A stretch of DNA of 64,000 bases. Origin: Naegleria gruberi. Taxonomy: Eukaryota. Made by a program: the position numbers and the translations under genes. The notes below the pieces were generated by a model. The model saw only the letters and a program-made list of their open reading frames with translations, was not told the origin of the DNA and did no database searches. Numbering within the stretch: position 1 is the stretch's first letter; each line of letters starts with the position of its first letter. Positions 10,646 through 24,540 of this stretch are shown here, piece by piece. Where the stretch lies: NCBI GenBank assembly GCA_000004985.1, contig GG738891.1, one strand, 5' to 3'.

Positions 10646-13600
10646 NNNNNNNNNNNNNNNNNNNNNNNNNNNNNNNNNNNNNNNNNNNNNNNNNNNNNNN
10701 NNNNNNNNNNNNNNNNNNNNNNNNNNNNNNNNNNNNNNNNNNNNNNNNNNNNNNNNNNNNNNNNNNNNNNNNNNNNNNNNNNNNNNNNNNNNNNNNNNNN
10801 NNNNNNNNNNNNNNNNNNNNNNNNNNNNNNNNNNNNNNNNNNNNNNNNNNNNNNNNNNNNNNNNNNNNNNNNNNNNNNNNNNNNNNNNNNNNNNNNNNNN
10901 NNNNNNNNNNNNNNNNNNNNNNNNNNNNNNNNNNNNNNNNNNNNNNNNNNNNNNNNNNNNNNNNNNNNNNNNNNNNNNNNNNNNNNNNNNNNNNNNNNNN
11001 NNNNNNNNNNNNNNNNNNNNNNNNNNNNNNNNNNNNNNNNNNNNNNNNNNNNNNNNNNNNNNNNNNNNNNNNNNNNNNNNNNNNNNNNNNNNNNNNNNNN
11101 NNNNNNNNNNNNNNNNNNNNNNNNNNNNNNNNNNNNNNNNNNNNNNNNNNNNNNNNNNNNNNNNNNNNNNNNNNNNNNNNNNNNNNNNNNNNNNNNNNNN
11201 NNNNNNNNNNNNNNNNNNNNNNNNNNNNNNNNNNNNNNNNNNNNNNNNNNNNNNNNNNNNNNNNNNNNNNNNNNNNNNNNNNNNNNNNNNNNNNNNNNNN
11301 NNNNNNNNNNNNNNNNNNNNNNNNNNNNNNNNNNNNNNNNNNNNNNNNNNNNNNNNNNNNNNNNNNNNNNNNNNNNNNNNNNNNNNNNNNNNNNNNNNNN
11401 NNNNNNNNNNNNNNNNNNNNNNNNNNNNNNNNNNNNNNNNNNNNNNNNNNNNNNNNNNNNNNNNNNNNNNNNNNNNNNNNNNNNNNNNNNNNNNNNNNNN
11501 NNNNNNNNNNNNNNNNNNNNNNNNNNNNNNNNNNNNNNNNNNNNNNNNNNNNNNNNNNNNNNNNNNNNNNNNNNNNNNNNNNNNNNNNNNNNNNNNNNNN
11601 NNNNNNNNNNNNNNNNNNNNNNNNNNNNNNNNNNNNNNNNNNNNNNNNNNNNNNNNNNNNNNNNNNNNNNNNNNNNNNNNNNNNNNNNNNNNNNNNNNNN
11701 NNNNNNNNNNNNNNNNNNNNNNNNNNNNNNNNNNNNNNNNNNNNNNNNNNNNNNNNNNNNNNNNNNNNNNNNNNNNNNNNNNNNNNNNNNNNNNNNNNNN
11801 NNNNNNNNNNNNNNNNNNNNNNNNNNNNNNNNNNNNNNNNNNNNNNNNNNNNNNNNNNNNNNNNNNNNNNNNNNNNNNNNNNNNNNNNNNNNNNNNNNNN
11901 NNNNNNNNNNNNNNNNNNNNNNNNNNNNNNNNNNNNNNNNNNNNNNNNNNNNNNNNNNNNNNNNNNNNNNNNNNNNNNNNNNNNNNNNNNNNNNNNNNNN
12001 NNNNNNNNNNNNNNNNNNNNNNNNNNNNNNNNNNNNNNNNNNNNNNNNNNNNNNNNNNNNNNNNNNNNNNNNNNNNNNNNNNNNNNNNNNNNNNNNNNNN
12101 NNNNNNNNNNNNNNNNNNNNNNNNNNNNNNNNNNNNNNNNNNNNNNNNNNNNNNNNNNNNNNNNNNNNNNNNNNNNNNNNNNNNNNNNNNNNNNNNNNNN
12201 NNNNNNNNNNNNNNNNNNNNNNNNNNNNNNNNNNNNNNNNNNNNNNNNNNNNNNNNNNNNNNNNNNNNNNNNNNNNNNNNNNNNNNNNNNNNNNNNNNNN
12301 NNNNNNNNNNNNNNNNNNNNNNNNNNNNNNNNNNNNNNNNNNNNNNNNNNNNNNNNNNNNNNNNNNNNNNNNNNNNNNNNNNNNNNNNNNNNNNNNNNNN
12401 NNNNNNNNNNNNNNNNNNNNNNNNNNNNNNNNNNNNNNNNNNNNNNNNNNNNNNNNNNNNNNNNNNNNNNNNNNNNNNNNNNNNNNNNNNNNNNNNNNNN
12501 NNNNNNNNNNNNNNNNNNNNNNNNNNNNNNNNNNNNNNNNNNNNNNNNNNNNNNNNNNNNNNNNNNNNNNNNNNNNNNNNNNNNNNNNNNNNNNNNNNNN
12601 NNNNNNNNNNNNNNNNNNNNNNNNNNNNNNNNNNNNNNNNNNNNNNNNNNNNNNNNNNNNNNNNNNNNNNNNNNNNNNNNNNNNNNNNNNNNNNNNNNNN
12701 NNNNNNNNNNNNNNNNNNNNNNNNNNNNNNNNNNNNNNNNNNNNNNNNNNNNNNNNNNNNNNNNNNNNNNNNNNNNNNNNNNNNNNNNNNNNNNNNNNNN
12801 NNNNNNNNNNNNNNNNNNNNNNNNNNNNNNNNNNNNNNNNNNNNNNNNNNNNNNNNNNNNNNNNNNNNNNNNNNNNNNNNNNNNNNNNNNNNNNNNNNNN
12901 NNNNNNNNNNNNNNNNNNNNNNNNNNNNNNNNNNNNNNNNNNNNNNNNNNNNNNNNNNNNNNNNNNNNNNNNNNNNNNNNNNNNNNNNNNNNNNNNNNNN
13001 NNNNNNNNNNNNNNNNNNNNNNNNNNNNNNNNNNNNNNNNNNNNNNNNNNNNNNNNNNNNNNNNNNNNNNNNNNNNNNNNNNNNNNNNNNNNNNNNNNNN
13101 NNNNNNNNNNNNNNNNNNNNNNNNNNNNNNNNNNNNNNNNNNNNNNNNNNNNNNNNNNNNNNNNNNNNNNNNNNNNNNNNNNNNNNNNNNNNNNNNNNNN
13201 NNNNNNNNNNNNNNNNNNNNNNNNNNNNNNNNNNNNNNNNNNNNNNNNNNNNNNNNNNNNNNNNNNNNNNNNNNNNNNNNNNNNNNNNNNNNNNNNNNNN
13301 NNNNNNNNNNNNNNNNNNNNNNNNNNNNNNNNNNNNNNNNNNNNNNNNNNNNNNNNNNNNNNNNNNNNNNNNNNNNNNNNNNNNNNNNNNNNNNNNNNNN
13401 NNNNNNNNNNNNNNNNNNNNNNNNNNNNNNNNNNNNNNNNNNNNNNNNNNNNNNNNNNNNNNNNNNNNNNNNNNNNNNNNNNNNNNNNNNNNNNNNNNNN
13501 NNNNNNNNNNNNNNNNNNNNNNNNNNNNNNNNNNNNNNNNNNNNNNNNNNNNNNNNNNNNNNNNNNNNNNNNNNNNNNNNNNNNNNNNNNNNNNNNNNNN

Positions 13601-16600
13601 NNNNNNNNNNNNNNNNNNNNNNNNNNNNNNNNNNNNNNNNNNNNNNNNNNNNNNNNNNNNNNNNNNNNNNNNNNNNNNNNNNNNNNNNNNNNNNNNNNNN
13701 NNNNNNNNNNNNNNNNNNNNNNNNNNNNNNNNNNNNNNNNNNNNNNNNNNNNNNNNNNNNNNNNNNNNNNNNNNNNNNNNNNNNNNNNNNNNNNNNNNNN
13801 NNNNNNNNNNNNNNNNNNNNNNNNNNNNNNNNNNNNNNNNNNNNNNNNNNNNNNNNNNNNNNNNNNNNNNNNNNNNNNNNNNNNNNNNNNNNNNNNNNNN
13901 NNNNNNNNNNNNNNNNNNNNNNNNNNNNNNNNNNNNNNNNNNNNNNNNNNNNNNNNNNNNNNNNNNNNNNNNNNNNNNNNNNNNNNNNNNNNNNNNNNNN
14001 NNNNNNNNNNNNNNNNNNNNNNNNNNNNNNNNNNNNNNNNNNNNNNNNNNNNNNNNNNNNNNNNNNNNNNNNNNNNNNNNNNNNNNNNNNNNNNNNNNNN
14101 NNNNNNNNNNNNNNNNNNNNNNNNNNNNNNNNNNNNNNNNNNNNNNNNNNNNNNNNNNNNNNNNNNNNNNNNNNNNNNNNNNNNNNNNNNNNNNNNNNNN
14201 NNNNNNNNNNNNNNNNNNNNNNNNNNNNNNNNNNNNNNNNNNNNNNNNNNNNNNNNNNNNNNNNNNNNNNNNNNNNNNNNNNNNNNNNNNNNNNNNNNNN
14301 NNNNNNNNNNNNNNNNNNNNNNNNNNNNNNNNNNNNNNNNNNNNNNNNNNNNNNNNNNNNNNNNNNNNNNNNNNNNNNNNNNNNNNNNNNNNNNNNNNNN
14401 NNNNNNNNNNNNNNNNNNNNNNNNNNNNNNNNNNNNNNNNNNNNNNNNNNNNNNNNNNNNNNNNNNNNNNNNNNNNNNNNNNNNNNNNNNNNNNNNNNNN
14501 NNNNNNNNNNNNNNNNNNNNNNNNNNNNNNNNNNNNNNNNNNNNNNNNNNNNNNNNNNNNNNNNNNNNNNNNNNNNNNNNNNNNNNNNNNNNNNNNNNNN
14601 NNNNNNNNNNNNNNNNNNNNNNNNNNNNNNNNNNNNNNNNNNNNNNNNNNNNNNNNNNNNNNNNNNNNNNNNNNNNNNNNNNNNNNNNNNNNNNNNNNNN
14701 NNNNNNNNNNNNNNNNNNNNNNNNNNNNNNNNNNNNNNNNNNNNNNNNNNNNNNNNNNNNNNNNNNNNNNNNNNNNNNNNNNNNNNNNNNNNNNNNNNNN
14801 NNNNNNNNNNNNNNNNNNNNNNNNNNNNNNNNNNNNNNNNNNNNNNNNNNNNNNNNNNNNNNNNNNNNNNNNNNNNNNNNNNNNNNNNNNNNNNNNNNNN
14901 NNNNNNNNNNNNNNNNNNNNNNNNNNNNNNNNNNNNNNNNNNNNNNNNNNNNNNNNNNNNNNNNNNNNNNNNNNNNNNNNNNNNNNNNNNNNNNNNNNNN
15001 NNNNNNNNNNNNNNNNNNNNNNNNNNNNNNNNNNNNNNNNNNNNNNNNNNNNNNNNNNNNNNNNNNNNNNNNNNNNNNNNNNNNNNNNNNNNNNNNNNNN
15101 NNNNNNNNNNNNNNNNNNNNNNNNNNNNNNNNNNNNNNNNNNNNNNNNNNNNNNNNNNNNNNNNNNNNNNNNNNNNNNNNNNNNNNNNNNNNNNNNNNNN
15201 NNNNNNNNNNNNNNNNNNNNNNNNNNNNNNNNNNNNNNNNNNNNNNNNNNNNNNNNNNNNNNNNNNNNNNNNNNNNNNNNNNNNNNNNNNNNNNNNNNNN
15301 NNNNNNNNNNNNNNNNNNNNNNNNNNNNNNNNNNNNNNNNNNNNNNNNNNNNNNNNNNNNNNNNNNNNNNNNNNNNNNNNNNNNNNNNNNNNNNNNNNNN
15401 NNNNNNNNNNNNNNNNNNNNNNNNNNNNNNNNNNNNNNNNNNNNNNNNNNNNNNNNNNNNNNNNNNNNNNNNNNNNNNNNNNNNNNNNNNNNNNNNNNNN
15501 NNNNNNNNNNNNNNNNNNNNNNNNNNNNNNNNNNNNNNNNNNNNNNNNNNNNNNNNNNNNNNNNNNNNNNNNNNNNNNNNNNNNNNNNNNNNNNNNNNNN
15601 NNNNNNNNNNNNNNNNNNNNNNNNNNNNNNNNNNNNNNNNNNNNNNNNNNNNNNNNNNNNNNNNNNNNNNNNNNNNNNNNNNNNNNNNNNNNNNNNNNNN
15701 NNNNNNNNNNNNNNNNNNNNNNNNNNNNNNNNNNNNNNNNNNNNNNNNNNNNNNNNNNNNNNNNNNNNNNNNNNNNNNNNNNNNNNNNNNNNNNNNNNNN
15801 NNNNNNNNNNNNNNNNNNNNNNNNNNNNNNNNNNNNNNNNNNNNNNNNNNNNNNNNNNNNNNNNNNNNNNNNNNNNNNNNNNNNNNNNNNNNNNNNNNNN
15901 NNNNNNNNNNNNNNNNNNNNNNNNNNNNNNNNNNNNNNNNNNNNNNNNNNNNNNNNNNNNNNNNNNNNNNNNNNNNNNNNNNNNNNNNNNNNNNNNNNNN
16001 NNNNNNNNNNNNNNNNNNNNNNNNNNNNNNNNNNNNNNNNNNNNNNNNNNNNNNNNNNNNNNNNNNNNNNNNNNNNNNNNNNNNNNNNNNNNNNNNNNNN
16101 NNNNNNNNNNNNNNNNNNNNNNNNNNNNNNNNNNNNNNNNNNNNNNNNNNNNNNNNNNNNNNNNNNNNNNNNNNNNNNNNNNNNNNNNNNNNNNNNNNNN
16201 NNNNNNNNNNNNNNNNNNNNNNNNNNNNNNNNNNNNNNNNNNNNNNNNNNNNNNNNNNNNNNNNNNNNNNNNNNNNNNNNNNNNNNNNNNNNNNNNNNNN
16301 NNNNNNNNNNNNNNNNNNNNNNNNNNNNNNNNNNNNNNNNNNNNNNNNNNNNNNNNNNNNNNNNNNNNNNNNNNNNNNNNNNNNNNNNNNNNNNNNNNNN
16401 NNNNNNNNNNNNNNNNNNNNNNNNNNNNNNNNNNNNNNNNNNNNNNNNNNNNNNNNNNNNNNNNNNNNNNNNNNNNNNNNNNNNNNNNNNNNNNNNNNNN
16501 NNNNNNNNNNNNNNNNNNNNNNNNNNNNNNNNNNNNNNNNNNNNNNNNNNNNNNNNNNNNNNNNNNNNNNNNNNNNNNNNNNNNNNNNNNNNNNNNNNNN

Positions 16601-19600
16601 NNNNNNNNNNNNNNNNNNNNNNNNNNNNNNNNNNNNNNNNNNNNNNNNNNNNNNNNNNNNNNNNNNNNNNNNNNNNNNNNNNNNNNNNNNNNNNNNNNNN
16701 NNNNNNNNNNNNNNNNNNNNNNNNNNNNNNNNNNNNNNNNNNNNNNNNNNNNNNNNNNNNNNNNNNNNNNNNNNNNNNNNNNNNNNNNNNNNNNNNNNNN
16801 NNNNNNNNNNNNNNNNNNNNNNNNNNNNNNNNNNNNNNNNNNNNNNNNNNNNNNNNNNNNNNNNNNNNNNNNNNNNNNNNNNNNNNNNNNNNNNNNNNNN
16901 NNNNNNNNNNNNNNNNNNNNNNNNNNNNNNNNNNNNNNNNNNNNNNNNNNNNNNNNNNNNNNNNNNNNNNNNNNNNNNNNNNNNNNNNNNNNNNNNNNNN
17001 NNNNNNNNNNNNNNNNNNNNNNNNNNNNNNNNNNNNNNNNNNNNNNNNNNNNNNNNNNNNNNNNNNNNNNNNNNNNNNNNNNNNNNNNNNNNNNNNNNNN
17101 NNNNNNNNNNNNNNNNNNNNNNNNNNNNNNNNNNNNNNNNNNNNNNNNNNNNNNNNNNNNNNNNNNNNNNNNNNNNNNNNNNNNNNNNNNNNNNNNNNNN
17201 NNNNNNNNNNNNNNNNNNNNNNNNNNNNNNNNNNNNNNNNNNNNNNNNNNNNNNNNNNNNNNNNNNNNNNNNNNNNNNNNNNNNNNNNNNNNNNNNNNNN
17301 NNNNNNNNNNNNNNNNNNNNNNNNNNNNNNNNNNNNNNNNNNNNNNNNNNNNNNNNNNNNNNNNNNNNNNNNNNNNNNNNNNNNNNNNNNNNNNNNNNNN
17401 NNNNNNNNNNNNNNNNNNNNNNNNNNNNNNNNNNNNNNNNNNNNNNNNNNNNNNNNNNNNNNNNNNNNNNNNNNNNNNNNNNNNNNNNNNNNNNNNNNNN
17501 NNNNNNNNNNNNNNNNNNNNNNNNNNNNNNNNNNNNNNNNNNNNNNNNNNNNNNNNNNNNNNNNNNNNNNNNNNNNNNNNNNNNNNNNNNNNNNNNNNNN
17601 NNNNNNNNNNNNNNNNNNNNNNNNNNNNNNNNNNNNNNNNNNNNNNNNNNNNNNNNNNNNNNNNNNNNNNNNNNNNNNNNNNNNNNNNNNNNNNNNNNNN
17701 NNNNNNNNNNNNNNNNNNNNNNNNNNNNNNNNNNNNNNNNNNNNNNNNNNNNNNNNNNNNNNNNNNNNNNNNNNNNNNNNNNNNNNNNNNNNNNNNNNNN
17801 NNNNNNNNNNNNNNNNNNNNNNNNNNNNNNNNNNNNNNNNNNNNNNNNNNNNNNNNNNNNNNNNNNNNNNNNNNNNNNNNNNNNNNNNNNNNNNNNNNNN
17901 NNNNNNNNNNNNNNNNNNNNNNNNNNNNNNNNNNNNNNNNNNNNNNNNNNNNNNNNNNNNNNNNNNNNNNNNNNNNNNNNNNNNNNNNNNNNNNNNNNNN
18001 NNNNNNNNNNNNNNNNNNNNNNNNNNNNNNNNNNNNNNNNNNNNNNNNNNNNNNNNNNNNNNNNNNNNNNNNNNNNNNNNNNNNNNNNNNNNNNNNNNNN
18101 NNNNNNNNNNNNNNNNNNNNNNNNNNNNNNNNNNNNNNNNNNNNNNNNNNNNNNNNNNNNNNNNNNNNNNNNNNNNNNNNNNNNNNNNNNNNNNNNNNNN
18201 NNNNNNNNNNNNNNNNNNNNNNNNNNNNNNNNNNNNNNNNNNNNNNNNNNNNNNNNNNNNNNNNNNNNNNNNNNNNNNNNNNNNNNNNNNNNNNNNNNNN
18301 NNNNNNNNNNNNNNNNNNNNNNNNNNNNNNNNNNNNNNNNNNNNNNNNNNNNNNNNNNNNNNNNNNNNNNNNNNNNNNNNNNNNNNNNNNNNNNNNNNNN
18401 NNNNNNNNNNNNNNNNNNNNNNNNNNNNNNNNNNNNNNNNNNNNNNNNNNNNNNNNNNNNNNNNNNNNNNNNNNNNNNNNNNNNNNNNNNNNNNNNNNNN
18501 NNNNNNNNNNNNNNNNNNNNNNNNNNNNNNNNNNNNNNNNNNNNNNNNNNNNNNNNNNNNNNNNNNNNNNNNNNNNNNNNNNNNNNNNNNNNNNNNNNNN
18601 NNNNNNNNNNNNNNNNNNNNNNNNNNNNNNNNNNNNNNNNNNNNNNNNNNNNNNNNNNNNNNNNNNNNNNNNNNNNNNNNNNNNNNNNNNNNNNNNNNNN
18701 NNNNNNNNNNNNNNNNNNNNNNNNNNNNNNNNNNNNNNNNNNNNNNNNNNNNNNNNNNNNNNNNNNNNNNNNNNNNNNNNNNNNNNNNNNNNNNNNNNNN
18801 NNNNNNNNNNNNNNNNNNNNNNNNNNNNNNNNNNNNNNNNNNNNNNNNNNNNNNNNNNNNNNNNNNNNNNNNNNNNNNNNNNNNNNNNNNNNNNNNNNNN
18901 NNNNNNNNNNNNNNNNNNNNNNNNNNNNNNNNNNNNNNNNNNNNNNNNNNNNNNNNNNNNNNNNNNNNNNNNNNNNNNNNNNNNNNNNNNNNNNNNNNNN
19001 NNNNNNNNNNNNNNNNNNNNNNNNNNNNNNNNNNNNNNNNNNNNNNNNNNNNNNNNNNNNNNNNNNNNNNNNNNNNNNNNNNNNNNNNNNNNNNNNNNNN
19101 NNNNNNNNNNNNNNNNNNNNNNNNNNNNNNNNNNNNNNNNNNNNNNNNNNNNNNNNNNNNNNNNNNNNNNNNNNNNNNNNNNNNNNNNNNNNNNNNNNNN
19201 NNNNNNNNNNNNNNNNNNNNNNNNNNNNNNNNNNNNNNNNNNNNNNNNNNNNNNNNNNNNNNNNNNNNNNNNNNNNNNNNNNNNNNNNNNNNNNNNNNNN
19301 NNNNNNNNNNNNNNNNNNNNNNNNNNNNNNNNNNNNNNNNNNNNNNNNNNNNNNNNNNNNNNNNNNNNNNNNNNNNNNNNNNNNNNNNNNNNNNNNNNNN
19401 NNNNNNNNNNNNNNNNNNNNNNNNNNNNNNNNNNNNNNNNNNNNNNNNNNNNNNNNNNNNNNNNNNNNNNNNNNNNNNNNNNNNNNNNNNNNNNNNNNNN
19501 NNNNNNNNNNNNNNNNNNNNNNNNNNNNNNNNNNNNNNNNNNNNNNNNNNNNNNNNNNNNNNNNNNNNNNNNNNNNNNNNNNNNNNNNNNNNNNNNNNNN

Positions 19601-22600
19601 NNNNNNNNNNNNNNNNNNNNNNNNNNNNNNNNNNNNNNNNNNNNNNNNNNNNNNNNNNNNNNNNNNNNNNNNNNNNNNNNNNNNNNNNNNNNNNNNNNNN
19701 NNNNNNNNNNNNNNNNNNNNNNNNNNNNNNNNNNNNNNNNNNNNNNNNNNNNNNNNNNNNNNNNNNNNNNNNNNNNNNNNNNNNNNNNNNNNNNNNNNNN
19801 NNNNNNNNNNNNNNNNNNNNNNNNNNNNNNNNNNNNNNNNNNNNNNNNNNNNNNNNNNNNNNNNNNNNNNNNNNNNNNNNNNNNNNNNNNNNNNNNNNNN
19901 NNNNNNNNNNNNNNNNNNNNNNNNNNNNNNNNNNNNNNNNNNNNNNNNNNNNNNNNNNNNNNNNNNNNNNNNNNNNNNNNNNNNNNNNNNNNNNNNNNNN
20001 NNNNNNNNNNNNNNNNNNNNNNNNNNNNNNNNNNNNNNNNNNNNNNNNNNNNNNNNNNNNNNNNNNNNNNNNNNNNNNNNNNNNNNNNNNNNNNNNNNNN
20101 NNNNNNNNNNNNNNNNNNNNNNNNNNNNNNNNNNNNNNNNNNNNNNNNNNNNNNNNNNNNNNNNNNNNNNNNNNNNNNNNNNNNNNNNNNNNNNNNNNNN
20201 NNNNNNNNNNNNNNNNNNNNNNNNNNNNNNNNNNNNNNNNNNNNNNNNNNNNNNNNNNNNNNNNNNNNNNNNNNNNNNNNNNNNNNNNNNNNNNNNNNNN
20301 NNNNNNNNNNNNNNNNNNNNNNNNNNNNNNNNNNNNNNNNNNNNNNNNNNNNNNNNNNNNNNNNNNNNNNNNNNNNNNNNNNNNNNNNNNNNNNNNNNNN
20401 NNNNNNNNNNNNNNNNNNNNNNNNNNNNNNNNNNNNNNNNNNNNNNNNNNNNNNNNNNNNNNNNNNNNNNNNNNNNNNNNNNNNNNNNNNNNNNNNNNNN
20501 NNNNNNNNNNNNNNNNNNNNNNNNNNNNNNNNNNNNNNNNNNNNNNNNNNNNNNNNNNNNNNNNNNNNNNNNNNNNNNNNNNNNNNNNNNNNNNNNNNNN
20601 NNNNNNNNNNNNNNNNNNNNNNNNNNNNNNNNNNNNNNNNNNNNNNNNNNNNNNNNNNNNNNNNNNNNNNNNNNNNNNNNNNNNNNNNNNNNNNNNNNNN
20701 NNNNNNNNNNNNNNNNNNNNNNNNNNNNNNNNNNNNNNNNNNNNNNNNNNNNNNNNNNNNNNNNNNNNNNNNNNNNNNNNNNNNNNNNNNNNNNNNNNNN
20801 NNNNNNNNNNNNNNNNNNNNNNNNNNNNNNNNNNNNNNNNNNNNNNNNNNNNNNNNNNNNNNNNNNNNNNNNNNNNNNNNNNNNNNNNNNNNNNNNNNNN
20901 NNNNNNNNNNNNNNNNNNNNNNNNNNNNNNNNNNNNNNNNNNNNNNNNNNNNNNNNNNNNNNNNNNNNNNNNNNNNNNNNNNNNNNNNNNNNNNNNNNNN
21001 NNNNNNNNNNNNNNNNNNNNNNNNNNNNNNNNNNNNNNNNNNNNNNNNNNNNNNNNNNNNNNNNNNNNNNNNNNNNNNNNNNNNNNNNNNNNNNNNNNNN
21101 NNNNNNNNNNNNNNNNNNNNNNNNNNNNNNNNNNNNNNNNNNNNNNNNNNNNNNNNNNNNNNNNNNNNNNNNNNNNNNNNNNNNNNNNNNNNNNNNNNNN
21201 NNNNNNNNNNNNNNNNNNNNNNNNNNNNNNNNNNNNNNNNNNNNNNNNNNNNNNNNNNNNNNNNNNNNNNNNNNNNNNNNNNNNNNNNNNNNNNNNNNNN
21301 NNNNNNNNNNNNNNNNNNNNNNNNNNNNNNNNNNNNNNNNNNNNNNNNNNNNNNNNNNNNNNNNNNNNNNNNNNNNNNNNNNNNNNNNNNNNNNNNNNNN
21401 NNNNNNNNNNNNNNNNNNNNNNNNNNNNNNNNNNNNNNNNNNNNNNNNNNNNNNNNNNNNNNNNNNNNNNNNNNNNNNNNNNNNNNNNNNNNNNNNNNNN
21501 NNNNNNNNNNNNNNNNNNNNNNNNNNNNNNNNNNNNNNNNNNNNNNNNNNNNNNNNNNNNNNNNNNNNNNNNNNNNNNNNNNNNNNNNNNNNNNNNNNNN
21601 NNNNNNNNNNNNNNNNNNNNNNNNNNNNNNNNNNNNNNNNNNNNNNNNNNNNNNNNNNNNNNNNNNNNNNNNNNNNNNNNNNNNNNNNNNNNNNNNNNNN
21701 NNNNNNNNNNNNNNNNNNNNNNNNNNNNNNNNNNNNNNNNNNNNNNNNNNNNNNNNNNNNNNNNNNNNNNNNNNNNNNNNNNNNNNNNNNNNNNNNNNNN
21801 NNNNNNNNNNNNNNNNNNNNNNNNNNNNNNNNNNNNNNNNNNNNNNNNNNNNNNNNNNNNNNNNNNNNNNNNNNNNNNNNNNNNNNNNNNNNNNNNNNNN
21901 NNNNNNNNNNNNNNNNNNNNNNNNNNNNNNNNNNNNNNNNNNNNNNNNNNNNNNNNNNNNNNNNNNNNNNNNNNNNNNNNNNNNNNNNNNNNNNNNNNNN
22001 NNNNNNNNNNNNNNNNNNNNNNNNNNNNNNNNNNNNNNNNNNNNNNNNNNNNNNNNNNNNNNNNNNNNNNNNNNNNNNNNNNNNNNNNNNNNNNNNNNNN
22101 NNNNNNNNNNNNNNNNNNNNNNNNNNNNNNNNNNNNNNNNNNNNNNNNNNNNNNNNNNNNNNNNNNNNNNNNNNNNNNNNNNNNNNNNNNNNNNNNNNNN
22201 NNNNNNNNNNNNNNNNNNNNNNNNNNNNNNNNNNNNNNNNNNNNNNNNNNNNNNNNNNNNNNNNNNNNNNNNNNNNNNNNNNNNNNNNNNNNNNNNNNNN
22301 NNNNNNNNNNNNNNNNNNNNNNNNNNNNNNNNNNNNNNNNNNNNNNNNNNNNNNNNNNNNNNNNNNNNNNNNNNNNNNNNNNNNNNNNNNNNNNNNNNNN
22401 NNNNNNNNNNNNNNNNNNNNNNNNNNNNNNNNNNNNNNNNNNNNNNNNNNNNNNNNNNNNNNNNNNNNNNNNNNNNNNNNNNNNNNNNNNNNNNNNNNNN
22501 NNNNNNNNNNNNNNNNNNNNNNNNNNNNNNNNNNNNNNNNNNNNNNNNNNNNNNNNNNNNNNNNNNNNNNNNNNNNNNNNNNNNNNNNNNNNNNNNNNNN

Positions 22601-24540
22601 NNNNNNNNNNNNNNNNNNNNNNNNNNNNNNNNNNNNNNNNNNNNNNNNNNNNNNNNNNNNNNNNNNNNNNNNNNNNNNNNNNNNNNNNNNNNNNNNNNNN
22701 NNNNNNNNNNNNNNNNNNNNNNNNNNNNNNNNNNNNNNNNNNNNNNNNNNNNNNNNNNNNNNNNNNNNNNNNNNNNNNNNNNNNNNNNNNNNNNNNNNNN
22801 NNNNNNNNNNNNNNNNNNNNNNNNNNNNNNNNNNNNNNNNNNNNNNNNNNNNNNNNNNNNNNNNNNNNNNNNNNNNNNNNNNNNNNNNNNNNNNNNNNNN
22901 NNNNNNNNNNNNNNNNNNNNNNNNNNNNNNNNNNNNNNNNNNNNNNNNNNNNNNNNNNNNNNNNNNNNNNNNNNNNNNNNNNNNNNNNNNNNNNNNNNNN
23001 NNNNNNNNNNNNNNNNNNNNNNNNNNNNNNNNNNNNNNNNNNNNNNNNNNNNNNNNNNNNNNNNNNNNNNNNNNNNNNNNNNNNNNNNNNNNNNNNNNNN
23101 NNNNNNNNNNNNNNNNNNNNNNNNNNNNNNNNNNNNNNNNNNNNNNNNNNNNNNNNNNNNNNNNNNNNNNNNNNNNNNNNNNNNNNNNNNNNNNNNNNNN
23201 NNNNNNNNNNNNNNNNNNNNNNNNNNNNNNNNNNNNNNNNNNNNNNNNNNNNNNNNNNNNNNNNNNNNNNNNNNNNNNNNNNNNNNNNNNNNNNNNNNNN
23301 NNNNNNNNNNNNNNNNNNNNNNNNNNNNNNNNNNNNNNNNNNNNNNNNNNNNNNNNNNNNNNNNNNNNNNNNNNNNNNNNNNNNNNNNNNNNNNNNNNNN
23401 NNNNNNNNNNNNNNNNNNNNNNNNNNNNNNNNNNNNNNNNNNNNNNNNNNNNNNNNNNNNNNNNNNNNNNNNNNNNNNNNNNNNNNNNNNNNNNNNNNNN
23501 NNNNNNNNNNNNNNNNNNNNNNNNNNNNNNNNNNNNNNNNNNNNNNNNNNNNNNNNNNNNNNNNNNNNNNNNNNNNNNNNNNNNNNNNNNNNNNNNNNNN
23601 NNNNNNNNNNNNNNNNNNNNNNNNNNNNNNNNNNNNNNNNNNNNNNNNNNNNNNNNNNNNNNNNNNNNNNNNNNNNNNNNNNNNNNNNNNNNNNNNNNNN
23701 NNNNNNNNNNNNNNNNNNNNNNNNNNNNNNNNNNNNNNNNNNNNNNNNNNNNNNNNNNNNNNNNNNNNNNNNNNNNNNNNNNNNNNNNNNNNNNNNNNNN
23801 NNNNNNNNNNNNNNNNNNNNNNNNNNNNNNNNNNNNNNNNNNNNNNNNNNNNNNNNNNNNNNNNNNNNNNNNNNNNNNNNNNNNNNNNNNNNNNNNNNNN
23901 NNNNNNNNNNNNNNNNNNNNNNNNNNNNNNNNNNNNNNNNNNNNNNNNNNNNNNNNNNNNNNNNNNNNNNNNNNNNNNNNNNNNNNNNNNNNNNNNNNNN
24001 NNNNNNNNNNNNNNNNNNNNNNNNNNNNNNNNNNNNNNNNNNNNNNNNNNNNNNNNNNNNNNNNNNNNNNNNNNNNNNNNNNNNNNNNNNNNNNNNNNNN
24101 NNNNNNNNNNNNNNNNNNNNNNNNNNNNNNNNNNNNNNNNNNNNNNNNNNNNNNNNNNNNNNNNNNNNNNNNNNNNNNNNNNNNNNNNNNNNNNNNNNNN
24201 NNNNNNNNNNNNNNNNNNNNNNNNNNNNNNNNNNNNNNNNNNNNNNNNNNNNNNNNNNNNNNNNNNNNNNNNNNNNNNNNNNNNNNNNNNNNNNNNNNNN
24301 NNNNNNNNNNNNNNNNNNNNNNNNNNNNNNNNNNNNNNNNNNNNNNNNNNNNNNNNNNNNNNNNNNNNNNNNNNNNNNNNNNNNNNNNNNNNNNNNNNNN
24401 NNNNNNNNNNNNNNNNNNNNNNNNNNNNNNNNNNNNNNNNNNNNNNNNNNNNNNNNNNNNNNNNNNNNNNNNNNNNNNNNNNNNNNNNNNNNNNNNNNNN
24501 NNNNNNNNNNNNNNNNNNNNNNNNNNNNNNNNNNNNNNNN
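10646..24540. other. Assembly gap (13895 N)
   Basis: N run. It probably hides the 5' ends of the flanking genes, including further EGF repeats of the gene starting at 24541. Confidence 0.95.
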